64,000 nucleotides of DNA from an uncultured Acidobacteriota bacterium (lineage in GTDB: Bacteria > Acidobacteriota > Thermoanaerobaculia > Multivoradales > UBA5704), in contig CAWBWZ010000010.1 in NCBI GenBank assembly GCA_963792575.1, positions 285,703 through 349,702 on the forward strand. The letters run 5' to 3'. Positions 9,982 to 23,793 of the stretch are shown in pieces; within the stretch, counting starts at the first letter, position 1; each line of letters begins with the position of its first letter. Below the pieces are notes generated by a model. It made no database searches. It was not told the DNA's origin and saw nothing but the letters and a program-made list of their open reading frames with translations. Made by a program: the position numbers and the translations under genes.

Positions 9982-12482
9982 ATGGAGACCATAGCCACTA
10001 CCCCGACCGTTGCGTCCGAGCGCCCCGCCGCGCTGGACGAGAAGACTTTGGACGCCTACCGCCGCCTGGGCTATCTGCTGGCGGATCTGGACCCGATGAA
10101 CCGCATCGAGCCCGAGGCGCAGCCCGGCCTCGAGAGCGCCGATCCCGCGACCGCCGAGTACTGCCGGCGGCACTACTGCGGCACGATCGGCGTCGAGTTC
10201 ATGCACATCCCCGATCCGGAGCGCCGGCGCTGGATCGAGGAGCGCATGGAGGCCGAGGCCGCCGCCGGTTCGACCAGCGAGCGCATCCTCGACCTGCTCA
10301 TCCGCGCCGAGATCTTCGAGCAGGTCCTCCAGTCCCGCTACCTCGGCACCAAGCGCTTCTCGCTCGAGGGGGTCGACGGCGCTGCATCCCGCTCCTCGAC
10401 CAGATGCTCCAGGGCGCCGCCGAGCACCGCGCGCCAGCAGGTGGTCATCGCGATGAGCCATCGCGGCCGCCTGAACGTGATGGTGCACACCGTCGGCCGG
10501 CACGCCCGCCGAGATCTTCGCCGGCTTCGAGGACGTCGATCCGCGCAGCACCTTCGGCGGCGGCGACGTCAAGTACCACATGGGCGCGACCGGCGACTTC
10601 ACCGGCCGCGACGGCCGCAAGGTCAACATCCACCTGGTCTCGAACCCCAGCCACCTGGAGGCGGTCGATCCGGTGGCGCTCGGCCGCGCGCGGGCCAAGC
10701 AGGTGCGGCTCGGCGACGAGCGGAGCCACGACAAGGTGTTGCCGATCGTCCTCCACGGCGACGCCGCCTTCGCCGGCCAGGGCATCCTCGCCGAGACGCT
10801 GAACATGTCCGAGCTCCCCGGCTACGACGTGGGCGGCACGGTCCACGTCATCGTCAACAACCTGATCGGCTTCACCGCCGAGCCCAAGGCCGTCCACTCC
10901 TCGCGCTTCGCCTCGGACGTGGCGCAGCGGCTGCCGGTGCCGATCTTCCACGTCAACGGCGAGGACCCGGACGCCGTGGTCGCGGGTGGCGCAGCTCGCG
11001 GTCGACTACCGCTACGCCTTCGAGAGCGACGTCGTGGTCGACCTGATCGGCTACCGCCGGCACGGCCACAGCGAGGTGGACGACCCGACGATCACCCAGC
11101 CGCTGCTCTACAAGAAGATCAAGGCCCACCCGCCGCTCTGGAAGCTCTACGCCCGCGCCATCGGCGTCGCCGAGGCGGAGGCGCAGCGCCGGGAGGAGGC
11201 GCATCCGCGCCGAGCTGGACGCCGCGCACAAGACGGCCTCGGCAGCTCGAGAAGAAGCCGACGCTGCGCACCCTGCCGGCCTACTGGGACCCCTACCAGG
11301 GCGGCTGGTGGAAGCCGGAGTACGAGGTGCCGACCGGGCTCGCGGCCGGCGAGATCGCCGAGCTGACGGCGCCGCTCACCACCGCGCCCGAGGGGTTCCA
11401 CGTCCACACGAAGATCCAGGAGCTGCTCGCCCAGCGGGCCGAGATGGGCACCGGCAAGCGCCCGGTCGACTACGGCATGGCCGAGGCGCTCGCCTTCGGC
11501 TCGCTGGTCAAGGCGGGCACGCCCGTCCGCCTCACCGGGCAGGACAGCCGGCGCGGCACCTTCAACCAGCGCCACTCGGTGCTGATCGACATCGAGAACG
11601 CCGCCGAGTACATGCCGCTCGCAGCACATCGCCCCCGGCCAGGCGCGCTTCGAGGTCTACGACTCGATGCTCTCCGAGGCCGCCGTGCTCGGCTTCGAGT
11701 ACGGCTATCAGCCGCGACTACCCCGAGGCGCTCGTGCTCTGGGAGGCGCAGTTCGGCGACTTCGCCAACGGCGCGCAGATCATCATCGACCAGTTCATCG
11801 CCGCCGGCGAGGACAAGTGGGGCCTGCTCTCCGGCGTCGTCATGCTGCTGCCCCACGGCTACGAAGGGCAGGGGCCGGAGCACTCGAGCGCGCGCATCGA
11901 GCGCTACCTGCAGCTCTGCCGCCGAGGACAACATCCAGGTCTGCCAGCCCTCGACCGCGGCCCAGTACTTCCACCTGCTGCGCCGCCAGGCGCTGCGCCC
12001 CTGGCGCAAGCCGCTGGTCGTCTTCACGCCCAAGAGCATGCTGCGCCACAAGGACTCCGCCTCGACGCTCGAGGACTTCGCGCGCGACCGCTTCCTGCGG
12101 GTCATCGACGACGGCCAGGTCGCAGGACGCCCAGCGCGTCCTCCTCTGCTCCGGCAAGATCGGCCACGAGCTGCGGCGGGAGCGCGAGAAGCGGCAGGAC
12201 TCCTCGACGGCGATCCTCGTCCTCGACCAGCTCTACCCCTTCCCGAGGAGGAGCTGGCGGCGGCGCTGGCGAAGCATCCCGAACGCCCGCAACATCGTCT
12301 GGGTGCAGGAGGAGCCGGCCAACATGGGGGCCCTCTTCTTCGTCCAGCCCCGCATCGAGCGCCTCACCGGCAAGCCGATCCGCTCGGTCAAGCGCTCGGC
12401 GAGCGGCAGCCCGGCCACCGGCTCGGCCAAGGCCCACGGCATCGAGCAGCAGACGCTGCTGACGCTGGCGTTTACGGTTTAG
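9982..12482 (+). CDS. sucA: 2-oxoglutarate dehydrogenase E1 component (multiple apparent frameshifts)
   Basis: [69 protein letters not shown] spread over several frames. Confidence 0.92.
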
Positions 12483-12614
12483 GGAAACCCTCCACTGAGC
12501 AGCAAGGGCGGCCCTGGGGCCGCCCTGCCTTGTTACCTGCCATCGTCACGTAATATCGAAATCAAGCACCTTTCTTTGCAGGGAACCATCCCTACCTGTA
12601 AAGGAGGCTCCGAG

Positions 12615-13055
12615 ATGAGATCCGTGATCTTCGTCCTCGTGCTCATCCTCTGTACGTGTACCCTCGCCGCCAGCGCTCAGGTTCCGCCAGCCGAAGGAGC
12701 CGTGCCGGGCACTGCGGCCTTCCTGGAGTCCCTGCGGACTCCGGACCCCGTGATGGCCAAGAGCGGCGGCTTGGCCACGAAGTCTTCGTGCACCGTGAAC
12801 CTGACCTGCGATGTCGGCGGTTACCGGCTCTCCTGCACCAGCGCGAGCGGAAACTGCCATTCCGGTTCGACCTGGGTGAGCTGCGACGATGTCCAGCAGA
12901 ATTGCCCGGTCTGTTACCGGAGCAAGACCTGCTGCGATGGCTCGGTCATCGAGTGCTGGGGCTGGTCCTCCTGCAGTCCTGGCGGGATCAGGAACGTAGT
13001 CTGCGACGGTATGATCCAGGGCACTTGCCCACCCATCTCGCAATGCGGGCCTTAG
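12615..13055 (+). CDS. Secreted cysteine-rich small protein with two tandem Cys modules
   Basis: RBS AAGGAGG; signal peptide MRSVIFVLVLILCTCTLAASA; 14 Cys in the mature region. Confidence 0.75.
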   Translation: MRSVIFVLVLILCTCTLAASAQVPPAEGAVPGTAAFLESLRTPDPVMAKSGGLATKSSCTVNLTCDVGGYRLSCTSASGNCHSGSTWVSCDDVQQNCPVCYRSKTCCDGSVIECWGWSSCSPGGIRNVVCDGMIQGTCPPISQCGP

Positions 13056-13067
13056 CCTGAAGGTTCT

Positions 13068-13093
13068 GTAGGGGCGGCCCTGCGTGGCCGCCC
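13068..13093. repeat. GTAG-type REP palindrome (GTAGGGGCGGCCCTGCGTGGCCGCCC)
   Basis: Near-identical copy at 16214-16239; related hairpin at ~12505-12526. Confidence 0.65.
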
Positions 13094-13380
13094 CGGAATT
13101 CACCGCCCTTCCAACTCCCTCAGCTAATGCCACCCGCGTCTGCCAGTACTTCTCGCGCTCTGGGCCGGGGCGAGCCGGCCATGGCCTGAGGCGCGGCGGC
13201 GAGGGTCCAGGCGCGTCCTCCGCGGAGGACGGCGGCGAGCCAGAACGTACGAGAGCAGCCACGGCCCGTGGGTTCCCACGCGGTGGTTCTGTTCTTGCTT
13301 GACCCCGAGTCAGATTCCGGTCCGGCGGTGGCGGTGTGGTAGGGTACGGACCCAAAACTCTTCGCCAGAAAGGTCCCTGC

Positions 13381-15777
<2,397 letters not shown>

Positions 15778-15805
15778 GCCAGGCAAAGACAGAGGTGAGC
15801 CGGGG

Positions 15806-15832
15806 AAGGGGCGCGGGAGACCGCGCCCCTTT
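15806..15832. terminator. Hairpin between convergent genes
   Basis: AAGGGGCGCGG-gaga-CCGCGCCCCTTT. Confidence 0.6.
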
Positions 15833-15847
15833 GTCGTTCCAGGCCTT

Positions 15848-16153
15848 TCACCCTACCTGGCGGTAGCGGATCACGCGGGGGGCCGAGCTCAGCAAGCCCT
15901 GGATCCGGGCGCGCAGACCCTTGAGGTGCTCCGACTGGCCGTGCGCGTCCAGCGTCTCCTCCGAAGCCCACTCCTCGACGAAGACGAACTCGGCGCCGTC
16001 CTCCCCCTTGAGCGAGCGCAGCAGGTCGTAGCGGGTGCACCCGGCCTCGCGGCGGGTGGGCTCGATCAGCTCCCGGAGGATGCTCTCCACCTCGTCTTCC
16101 TTGCCCACCCCGGCGTGGAAGATCGCGATCACGTGAACGGTGTCCTGCGGCAT
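15848..16153 (-). CDS. Putative quinol monooxygenase (ABM domain)
   Basis: TRREAGCTRYDL...FVFVEEW...LDAH pattern, 101 aa. Confidence 0.85.
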   Translation of the reverse strand: MPQDTVHVIAIFHAGVGKEDEVESILRELIEPTRREAGCTRYDLLRSLKGEDGAEFVFVEEWASEETLDAHGQSEHLKGLRARIQGLLSSAPRVIRYRQVG

Positions 16154-16213
16154 GAAATCCCCTCTCCGGTTTGGGTCAAGTCCGGCGCGGGAGTATATAG
16201 CGGGCGTAAAACC

Positions 16214-16239
16214 GCAGGGGCGGCCCTGTGTGGCCGCCC
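16214..16239. repeat. REP palindrome, same family as 13068
   Basis: GCAGGGGCGGCCCTGTGTGGCCGCCC. Confidence 0.6.
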
Positions 16240-16245
16240 TGTTCC

Positions 16246-18727
16246 TCAGCCCGCGGGTACCAGACGCAGCGTATGCACCGCCGGCCCCGGCAGGAACGGC
16301 GCCGGCTTCCCCTCCTCCCAGGCCTTGTGCCCCTTCCGGTAGTACGGCGAGAGCGGATGCCCGCTCTGCCCCACCGGCATCTCGAACAGGCCGGCCTCCT
16401 CGTGGCCGGGGGAGACCACCATCCGCTCCGAGGCGCCGAAGGTCGGGCCCTGCACGCGCGGCATGTTCTCGTCCCCCGGGAGCTGGCGCGTCGGCACGTC
16501 GAGCCAGCGGCCCAGGAACGGCAGCGCGAGGCTCAGCGGGTGCTGGATGCGCGCCGTGTTGCGCTCCCCCCAGGTGCGGTCTGCCAGTTTGACGCCCTGG
16601 CGCTCGCCGCTCTCCAGCAGGGCGTCCACGGCGGCGAGGATCTCCTGATCCCAGCTCTTGTACTGGGGATCCAGCAGGTGGACCGGCCGCTCAGTGACGA
16701 TCCTCCAGAGCGGCCCCTCGAACTGCGAGGGGGGCTGGACGCGGCCTTCCTCGGGCATGTTCCCCTGGCCGGTCAGGGACACGAAGACCGCTTCCTCCAG
16801 ATGGAGACGGAACCCCCGCACGGCGCGGTAGGCGGCCGAGTCGACGGCGGCGCGGCCGGCCCAGCGGGTCTCCACCAGCCGGCGCAGCTCGCCGCGCCCG
16901 GGGTGCCCCTGGACCGCCTCGGGGCTCAAGATCCGCAGCAGCAGGTCGCGCCAGCGCTCCAGGAACAGGGCGCGGTCGTCGAGCTGGATCGCCAGCAGGT
17001 CGCGCGGCGTCGCGCGCTCCAGCTTCATCAGGCCGTCGCGGATCTGCCGCGCCCGGGCCCCGAGGTCGTAGCCGCCGTTGCCGATCGCCCGCAGGCTCTC
17101 GCCGTCCATCACCCGGGCGTTGGCCGTCCAGATCCTTCCAGAAGCGGGATTGATCACGCGCGGATACTCCTGCGGAGAGAGCCACCCGTCCCAGCGGTGG
17201 GAGCCGTCGGCCCAGGAGGTCGGGGTCCGCCCGTCGAAGCCGACGCGGCGGGGGATCCTGCCGATGATCGTCCAGCCCACCCGCCCCGTCTCGTCCGCCA
17301 CCGTGAAGTTCTGCGGCGGGATGCCGGAGCGGTTGGCGATCGCCATCGCCTCCTCCAGGGTGCGCGCCGTCTGGAGCTCGTCGAGCCCGAGATTCACCGC
17401 TTCCGGATAGTGGGCGGTCCAGGCCAGCGCGCGCGGGCGGCCGATGCGGTCCTCGTCGACCACCGGGCCCCAGATCGTCTCCTGGACCTGCAGGAGGTTG
17501 TCCGCTCCCCCCTTGACCCGGATGTGCTCCTTCACCATCGCGAAGCGCCGCCACCCGTCCGGCGCGCGATAGCGGTTCGCATCTCTGGGATCGATCATCA
17601 GCTCCACGAGATCGGTCCAGTCGCCGTAGCTGTTGGTGAACCCCCAGGCCACGTGGCCGTTGCTCCCCACCGAGAGCGAAGGCGTCCCCGGCAGCGTCAC
17701 GCCGGTGACGCGCAGAGTCCCGCCGGCGGGGTCCGGCCGCACCATGGACGCCCGGTACCAGGTGTTCGGCACCCGGAGTCCCAGATGCATGTCGTTGGCG
17801 AGCAGGGCGTGGCCGTCCGCCGTGTGCGCGCCCGCCACCGCCCAGTTGTTGCTGCCAGCCGCCATGGCCGCCAGCTCCTCCTCCCCATCAAGATCCCGTG
17901 AATCCAGGGAGGCCGCCTTCGGCAGCGCCGGCCGGTCGGCCGCCCGCTTGCGCAGATCGAAGACCTCCGGCCCGGGGATCGGCGGCGTCGCATAGGCCGG
18001 GCCCACCAGCGGGGCGTCCCACTCCGTGCCTGGAGAGGCCAGCAGATCGAACATCGGACCCGGGAGCGTGTCGCGGAGCACGCCCAGGGCGGATTCCCGC
18101 TCCCCGATCGTCGTGCAGATCGAAGAACATGGCGTAGACCGCCAGGATCGAGTCCTCCGGCCGCCACGGCGCGGGATCGACGCGCAGGGCGAGGTATTCG
18201 AACGGGACCTCGCCGAGAGAGGAGAGCCCGGCGTTCACCCCATCGGCGTACGCCGCGAGGAGGTTCTGCTCCTGTAGCGGGGACGCTGCCAGGACCTGCC
18301 GCGCCCGGGCCCGGAAACGATGGACCCGGTGCCGGCGGTCCACCTTCACCACGGCCGGACCGATGATCTCCGCCAACTCGCCCGCCGCCTGCCGCCGCAG
18401 CAGGTCCATCTGGAAGAAGCGATCCTGGGCGTGGAGGAACCCGAGCGCCCGCGCCATGTCCAGCCGGTTTGCCGCCCGGATCGTCGGCACCCCGAGAGCA
18501 TCCCGCTCGACCTCGACCGGCGCCGAAAGCCCGGCGATCCGCCGCTCGCCGTCGAGCCGCGGCAGGCTCGCCGTCAGCCGGTCGTTGAGCCAGATTCCGC
18601 CGGCCACGATCAGCAGGCCGATCAGCACCACGAGCGCCAGCAGAACGCGGAGCAGGGGGCGCCGGCGGCGGCGGGGTGGCGGACCGGGACGGGCGGCATA
18701 GGTGGGGGCTGACGTAGGTTCAGACAC
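16246..18727 (-). CDS. Penicillin acylase family Ntn-hydrolase (frameshift near 18095)
   Basis: N-terminal TM; RDALGVPTI, HAQDRFFQMDL; catalytic GSNNW; ANDMHL; GQSGHP. Confidence 0.9.
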
Positions 18728-18895
18728 GGGGTCTCCTCTCGGATTCAGGCGGCTTGCGGAACTCTGTCAAGTTTCCCGGACCAGCGCTCTGGGTGCAAGC
18801 CCGGCGTCACCGTGCCCGGTTTACCGCAAAGATTCCGCCTCGGTATCCCGCTCGGTCATGCTTAATTCGGTATTTGTGAAATCAAAATTTAATCG

Positions 18896-18924
18896 TTGAC
18901 ATAGCGATGTTTAAAATCTAAAGT
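18896..18924 (+). promoter_or_regulatory. sigma70-like promoter for the 19022 gene
   Basis: TTGACA-17bp-TAAAGT in an AT-rich intergenic region. Confidence 0.55.
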
Positions 18925-19021
18925 CTTTCTAGCCAATCGCTAGAAGTTGAGTACCTCAACTCTCTGGTTGTCTGTTCGTCGAGCATTAAGCCCGGCGATT
19001 CTTGTAGGAGTTTGTCTGAAG

Positions 19022-20074
19022 ATGTCGACGAAAAAGTTTCTTGTGACCCTTCTGCTGTCCCTCGCCCTCGTGTCTAGCACGCGTCCGACTCTGGCTCAGG
19101 AAGTCCAGAAGGCTTCGAACGACGATGTTCTGACCCAACTCCAGAGCGAGGGGTGGCGGATCGTGAAGATCGGGGTGCTTCAGCGCGAGCTGCGGGCTGG
19201 CGAGGTGGAAAGCTTCGTCTTCGGTCCCGAAGGGTTCACCTGGAAGCTCCAGGATCTGCGGCAGCAGCTCAGCAAGGTGCAGCGTGAGTTCCAGGCCCGG
19301 CCAACCCCCGAGTTGCAGAAGGCCGTAGCCGGCTTCCGGAAAGAGATCGCGAGCACCCAGAAAATGATCGAGCGCGCCCGGACCGCTGAAGCCCTGGGTG
19401 AGACGGCGACTGACAAAGTGAGCTGTGCCCTCAACTTCGCTTATGACGCCAGCGCCTCCTATGGGACCTCGGTCCAGGGCACTTGGGGAAACGCCAGCGC
19501 CAACTTCACCGGCAACTGCGGCTTCACCGGCGAGGTCTATGCTACCGCCTACGCCAAGGTCACCGTCAGCGGTGCCCCGACGACCAAGACCGTGACGGAT
19601 GGCCCCAGGAGCGGAGCGAACGTCAGCGCCAGTGCATACGCCAGCCTGAACGGCGGATCTGTCTGCGAATCCACCGCTTACGCGAGCATGACGAGCAGCT
19701 CGCTGAATCCCTCGTCGTATACGATCTCGGCGACGAACACCAGTTGCCCGTCGGTGGCGGTAAATCCCGTGCCGACGATCAATGGAACCAGCTACATCGG
19801 CGTGAGCTCGTGCACCACCACCACCTGGACCTCGTCCGTTGCCTATGGTACGTCGCCCTACACCTACCAGTGGACCTGGAACGGAGTCGCCGTTGGTACG
19901 GGGAGCAGCTACTCCCGGACGATCTGCGGCGGCATTAACTACAATTACACCAGCAACACGCTGGGCTTGACGGTGACCGACAGCGTCTACCTTACGGGTA
20001 GCACCGCGATCACCGTCGATGTCGAAAAGTACGGTAATGGTGGCGGTGGTTGCGGTCCATACCCCTGCAACTAA
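19022..20074 (+). CDS. Secreted hypothetical protein (helical N-region, Ser/Thr/Cys beta-rich core, PKD-like C-terminal domain)
   Basis: Signal peptide MSTKKFLVTLLLSLALVSSTRPTLA; GTSPYTYQWTWNG and LTVTDS PKD-like motifs. Confidence 0.7.
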   Translation: MSTKKFLVTLLLSLALVSSTRPTLAQEVQKASNDDVLTQLQSEGWRIVKIGVLQRELRAGEVESFVFGPEGFTWKLQDLRQQLSKVQREFQARPTPELQKAVAGFRKEIASTQKMIERARTAEALGETATDKVSCALNFAYDASASYGTSVQGTWGNASANFTGNCGFTGEVYATAYAKVTVSGAPTTKTVTDGPRSGANVSASAYASLNGGSVCESTAYASMTSSSLNPSSYTISATNTSCPSVAVNPVPTINGTSYIGVSSCTTTTWTSSVAYGTSPYTYQWTWNGVAVGTGSSYSRTICGGINYNYTSNTLGLTVTDSVYLTGSTAITVDVEKYGNGGGGCGPYPCN

Positions 20075-20085
20075 ACTCTTCCCTG

Positions 20086-20122
20086 AAGGCGGGACCGCTC
20101 CGGCGGCCCCGCCTTGTCTTTT
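20086..20122 (+). terminator. Rho-independent terminator
   Basis: AAGGCGGGACCGC-tccg-GCGGCCCCGCCTT followed by TCTTTTT. Confidence 0.65.
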
Positions 20123-20161
20123 CTGGGGGAGCTTTCCGGGAACGGATAGACTCTCCGCGTC

Positions 20162-21988
20162 ATGGCCGACTCGACCTATCCCGATCTCCGCGCCTTCCTC
20201 GACCAGCTCCGCCGCGACGGCGACCTCGTCACCGTGGAGGCGCCGGTCGACGCTCGTCTGGAGGCGGCGGAGATCCACCGGCGGGTGATCGCGGCCGGCG
20301 GGCCGGCCCTGCTGTTCACCAACGTCCGGGACCGCGACTTTCCGCTCGTCACCAACCTCTTCGGCACCGCGCGCCGGGCCGAGCTGGCCTTCGGCACCCG
20401 CCCGCTGCGGCTCATCAAGCGGCTCGTCCATCTCGCCGAGACGCTCCTGCCGCCCACGCCGGCCAAGCTCTGGGGCGCCCGCGACATCGGCCGCGAGGCG
20501 CTGCGGATCGGCTCCTACCGGCGCGGCTCGGGCCCGGTCGCCGAGGTCGTCACCGTCGGACGTCCGGCTCGACCGCCTGCCCGTGCTCACCACCTGGCCG
20601 GAGGACGGCGGCCCGTTCGTCACCCTGCCGCTGGTCTACACCGAGCACCCGGATGGCAAGGGGCACAACCTCGGCATGTACCGCCTCCACGTCCACGACG
20701 CGCGGACGACCGGCATGCACTGGCAGATCGGCAAGGGGGGCGGCTTCCACTACGCGGTCGCCGAGGCGCGGGGCGAGGCCCTGCCGGTGACGGTCTTCCT
20801 CGGCGGCCCGCCGGCGCTGATCCTCGCGGCCATCGCGCCGCTGCCCGAGAACGTCCCCGAGCTGATGCTCGCCTCGCTGATCGCCGGCGAGCGGCTGACG
20901 CTCGGTCTCCCCCGGTCCGGGCACCGCATCCGCTCGTCGCCACCGCCGAGTTCGCGCTGATCGGCAAGGTGCCGCCGCGCGTCCGCCGGCCGGAGGGCCC
21001 GTTCGGCGATCACTACGGCTACTACTCGCTGCAGCACGACTACCCGGTCTTCGAGGTCGAGCAGATCGCCCACCGCAAGCGACGCGATCTATCCGGCGAC
21101 CGTGGTCGGCAAGCCGCGGCAGGAGGACTTCTTCATCGGCGACCTCCTGCAGGAGCTGCTCTCGCCGCTCTTCCCGCTGGTGATGCCGGCCGTCGAGCAG
21201 CTCTGGTCCTACGGCGAGACCGGCTACCACTCGCTGGCCGCCGCCGTGGTCAAGCAGCGCTACAAGCGCGAGGCGATGGCCTCGCGCCTTCCGCATCCTC
21301 GGCGAGGGGCAGCTCTCGCTCACCAAGTTCCTGCTGGTGACCGACCGCGCCGTCGACCTCAAGGACTTCCGCGCCACGCTCGACGCACATCCTCGCGCGC
21401 ACCCATCCCGAGACCGACCTCTACGTCTTCTCGAACCTCTCGATGGACACGCTCGACTACACCGGCCCGGTGGTCAACGAGGGCTCGAAGGGGGTCTGGC
21501 TCGGCCTCGGCGATCCGGTGCGCGAGCTGCCGCGGCGCTTCACCGCGCCCGAGATCCCGCAGGGGATCGACGGACGTCCACGTCTTCTGCCCCGGCTGCC
21601 TGGTGGTCGGCGGCCCCGCCTACGCGGACGATCCCGGCGCCGCCGCCCGCTTCGCCGCCCACCCGGCCTTCGCCGGCTGGCCGCTGGTCGTCCTCACCGA
21701 CGAGCCGCGCCGCGCCGCCGCCAGCCCGATCAACTTCCTCTGGACCACCTTCACCCGCTTCGAGCCCGCGGCCGACATCCACGCCGCCGCCACCGGCGCT
21801 GGTCCGCCACCACGTCTCCTACACGCCGCCGATCCTGATCGACGCCCGCATGAAGCCCTGGTACCCCAAGGAGCTGTTCGCGGACGAGGAGACGGCGGCC
21901 ACCGTGACGCGGCGCTGGAAGGAGTATTTCCCGGGCGGCAAGGTCGAGATGGGGGATTCGGGGACGGGGCACCTGCACTTCCCCATGA
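20162..21988 (+). CDS. UbiD family (prFMN-dependent) decarboxylase, multiple apparent frameshifts
   Basis: GGPALLF, TNLFGT, WPEDGGPFVTLP, NLGMYR, EGPFGDHYGYY, VGKPRQED, DTLDY motifs across frames. Confidence 0.85.
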
Positions 21989-23793
21989 CTCCCCACCTCC
22001 TCATCACCCTGATCATCGCCGGCGCCGCCATCGCGCTCCTGCTCACGGAGCGGCTGCGCGCCGATCTGGTGGCGCTTCTGGTGGTGGTCGCGCTCGGCAC
22101 GACGGGGGTTCTCACCTCGCAGGAGACGTTCTCCGGGTTCAGCCGCTCGGCGGTGATCACGCTGCTGGCGATCTTCATCCTCGCCGCGGGGCTGGAGCGG
22201 GCGGGCGTCACTCATAGTGTCGGAGACCTCCTCGTACGGGTCGCGGGCAGGAGCGAGCAGCGGCTGGTCGTGGTGGTGATGCTCTCCGCCGCCCTGCTCT
22301 CCCTGTTCATGAACAACATCGCTGCCGCGGCCGTGCTGCTGCCCGCCGTCTCGGGGGCGGCGAAACGCTCGGGCGTGAACCCCTCCCGGCTGCTGATGCC
22401 GCTCGCCTTCGGCACCATCCTCGGCGGCATGGCGACCCTCCTGACCACCACCAACATCGTGGTGAGCAGCCTGTTGCAGGACCGCAGGATGGCCGGCTTC
22501 GGCCTCCTCGATTTCGCGCCGCTCGGCCTGCCGATCATCGCGGTCGGGGTCGCCTACATGGCGCTCTGGGGACGGCGCCAGCTCCCCGCGCGCTCGCCCG
22601 TCCAGCTCTACGAGGATCTGCAGCGCCAGGAGGCCAATCTCGCCGAGGTCTACCATCTGGGCGAGACCCTCTCTCGCGCCGGCGTGCCCGCGGGATCGCC
22701 ATTGGTTGGCCAGACCCTCGCCGGCAGCCGCCTGCGCGAGACCTACGGCGTCAACGTGCTCGCCATCGAGCGCGAGAGCCGGATCGTCCGCGCCCCCTCC
22801 CCGGACGAGGAGCTCCAGGCCGAGGACGTCCTCATCCTCGCCGGCGAGCCGGAAGGGCCGGGGTTCGCGGCCGACCTCGATCCCCTGCCGCCGCGCCACT
22901 GGCGCGACCGCGACCTCGAATCCCGCTCCGTGGTGCTGGTGGAGGCCGTCCTCTCGCCGCGCTCCGACCTCATCGGCCGCACTCTCCGCGAGACCCGCTT
23001 CCGCGACCGCTACGGCATGGCGGTGCTCGCGATCTGGCGCGCCGGCCGCTCGCTCCGCACCGGGCTCACCGATCTCCCCCTTCAACTCGGCGACGGGCTC
23101 CTGCTCCAGGGAGACCGCGGGCGGCTGCCGGTCCTGCGCGCCGAGTCCGACCTCATCCTCCTCGACCGCGGGGTCGACGAGCCGCCACCGTCGCGCCGCC
23201 GGAGCCGGCTGGCGCTGACGATCATGATCGTCACCCTCGCGATCGCCGCCAGCAATCGTTTCGGCGTCGGCGAGATCATGCTCGGGGGCGCGCTGGTGAT
23301 GATCCTCACCCGTGTACTCTCGATGGACGACGCCTACCAGGCCGTCGAGTGGCGGAGCGTCTTCCTGGTCGCCGGCATGCTGCCGCTGGGGACCGCCATG
23401 ACCAAGACCGGTGCCGCCGATCTGATCACCCACGGGCTGCTCTCCGTGCTGGGGGGCGCGGGTCCGCTGGCGATCCTCGCCGGGCTGGTCGCCCTCGCCA
23501 TCCTGCTCACCCAGGCGATGAACGGCGCGGCGGTCGCGGCTATCGTGGCCCCCATCGCCATTCAGACCGCGCAGAGGATCGGCGCCGACCCGCACGCCTT
23601 CGCGATGGGCGTCGCGCTCGCCACCTCCGTCGCGTTCCTGACGCCGCTCGGCAGCCCCGTCAACGTTCTGGTGATGGGCCCCGGCGGCTACACCTTCCGC
23701 GACTACTTCCGCGCCGGCCTGCCGCTCACCGTGCTGCTCTTCGCGCTGATCGTGGGGTTGCTGCCGCTGATCTGGCCGCTGGTGCCGCGCTAG
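21985..23793 (+). CDS. SLC13 family permease with two TrkA-C (RCK_C) domains
   Basis: FMNNIAA, LLMPLAFGTILGG, FLTPLGSPVNVLVMGPGGYTFRDY; likely start MTPHLLIT at 21985. Confidence 0.88.
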   Translation: MTPHLLITLIIAGAAIALLLTERLRADLVALLVVVALGTTGVLTSQETFSGFSRSAVITLLAIFILAAGLERAGVTHSVGDLLVRVAGRSEQRLVVVVMLSAALLSLFMNNIAAAAVLLPAVSGAAKRSGVNPSRLLMPLAFGTILGGMATLLTTTNIVVSSLLQDRRMAGFGLLDFAPLGLPIIAVGVAYMALWGRRQLPARSPVQLYEDLQRQEANLAEVYHLGETLSRAGVPAGSPLVGQTLAGSRLRETYGVNVLAIERESRIVRAPSPDEELQAEDVLILAGEPEGPGFAADLDPLPPRHWRDRDLESRSVVLVEAVLSPRSDLIGRTLRETRFRDRYGMAVLAIWRAGRSLRTGLTDLPLQLGDGLLLQGDRGRLPVLRAESDLILLDRGVDEPPPSRRRSRLALTIMIVTLAIAASNRFGVGEIMLGGALVMILTRVLSMDDAYQAVEWRSVFLVAGMLPLGTAMTKTGAADLITHGLLSVLGGAGPLAILAGLVALAILLTQAMNGAAVAAIVAPIAIQTAQRIGADPHAFAMGVALATSVAFLTPLGSPVNVLVMGPGGYTFRDYFRAGLPLTVLLFALIVGLLPLIWPLVPR

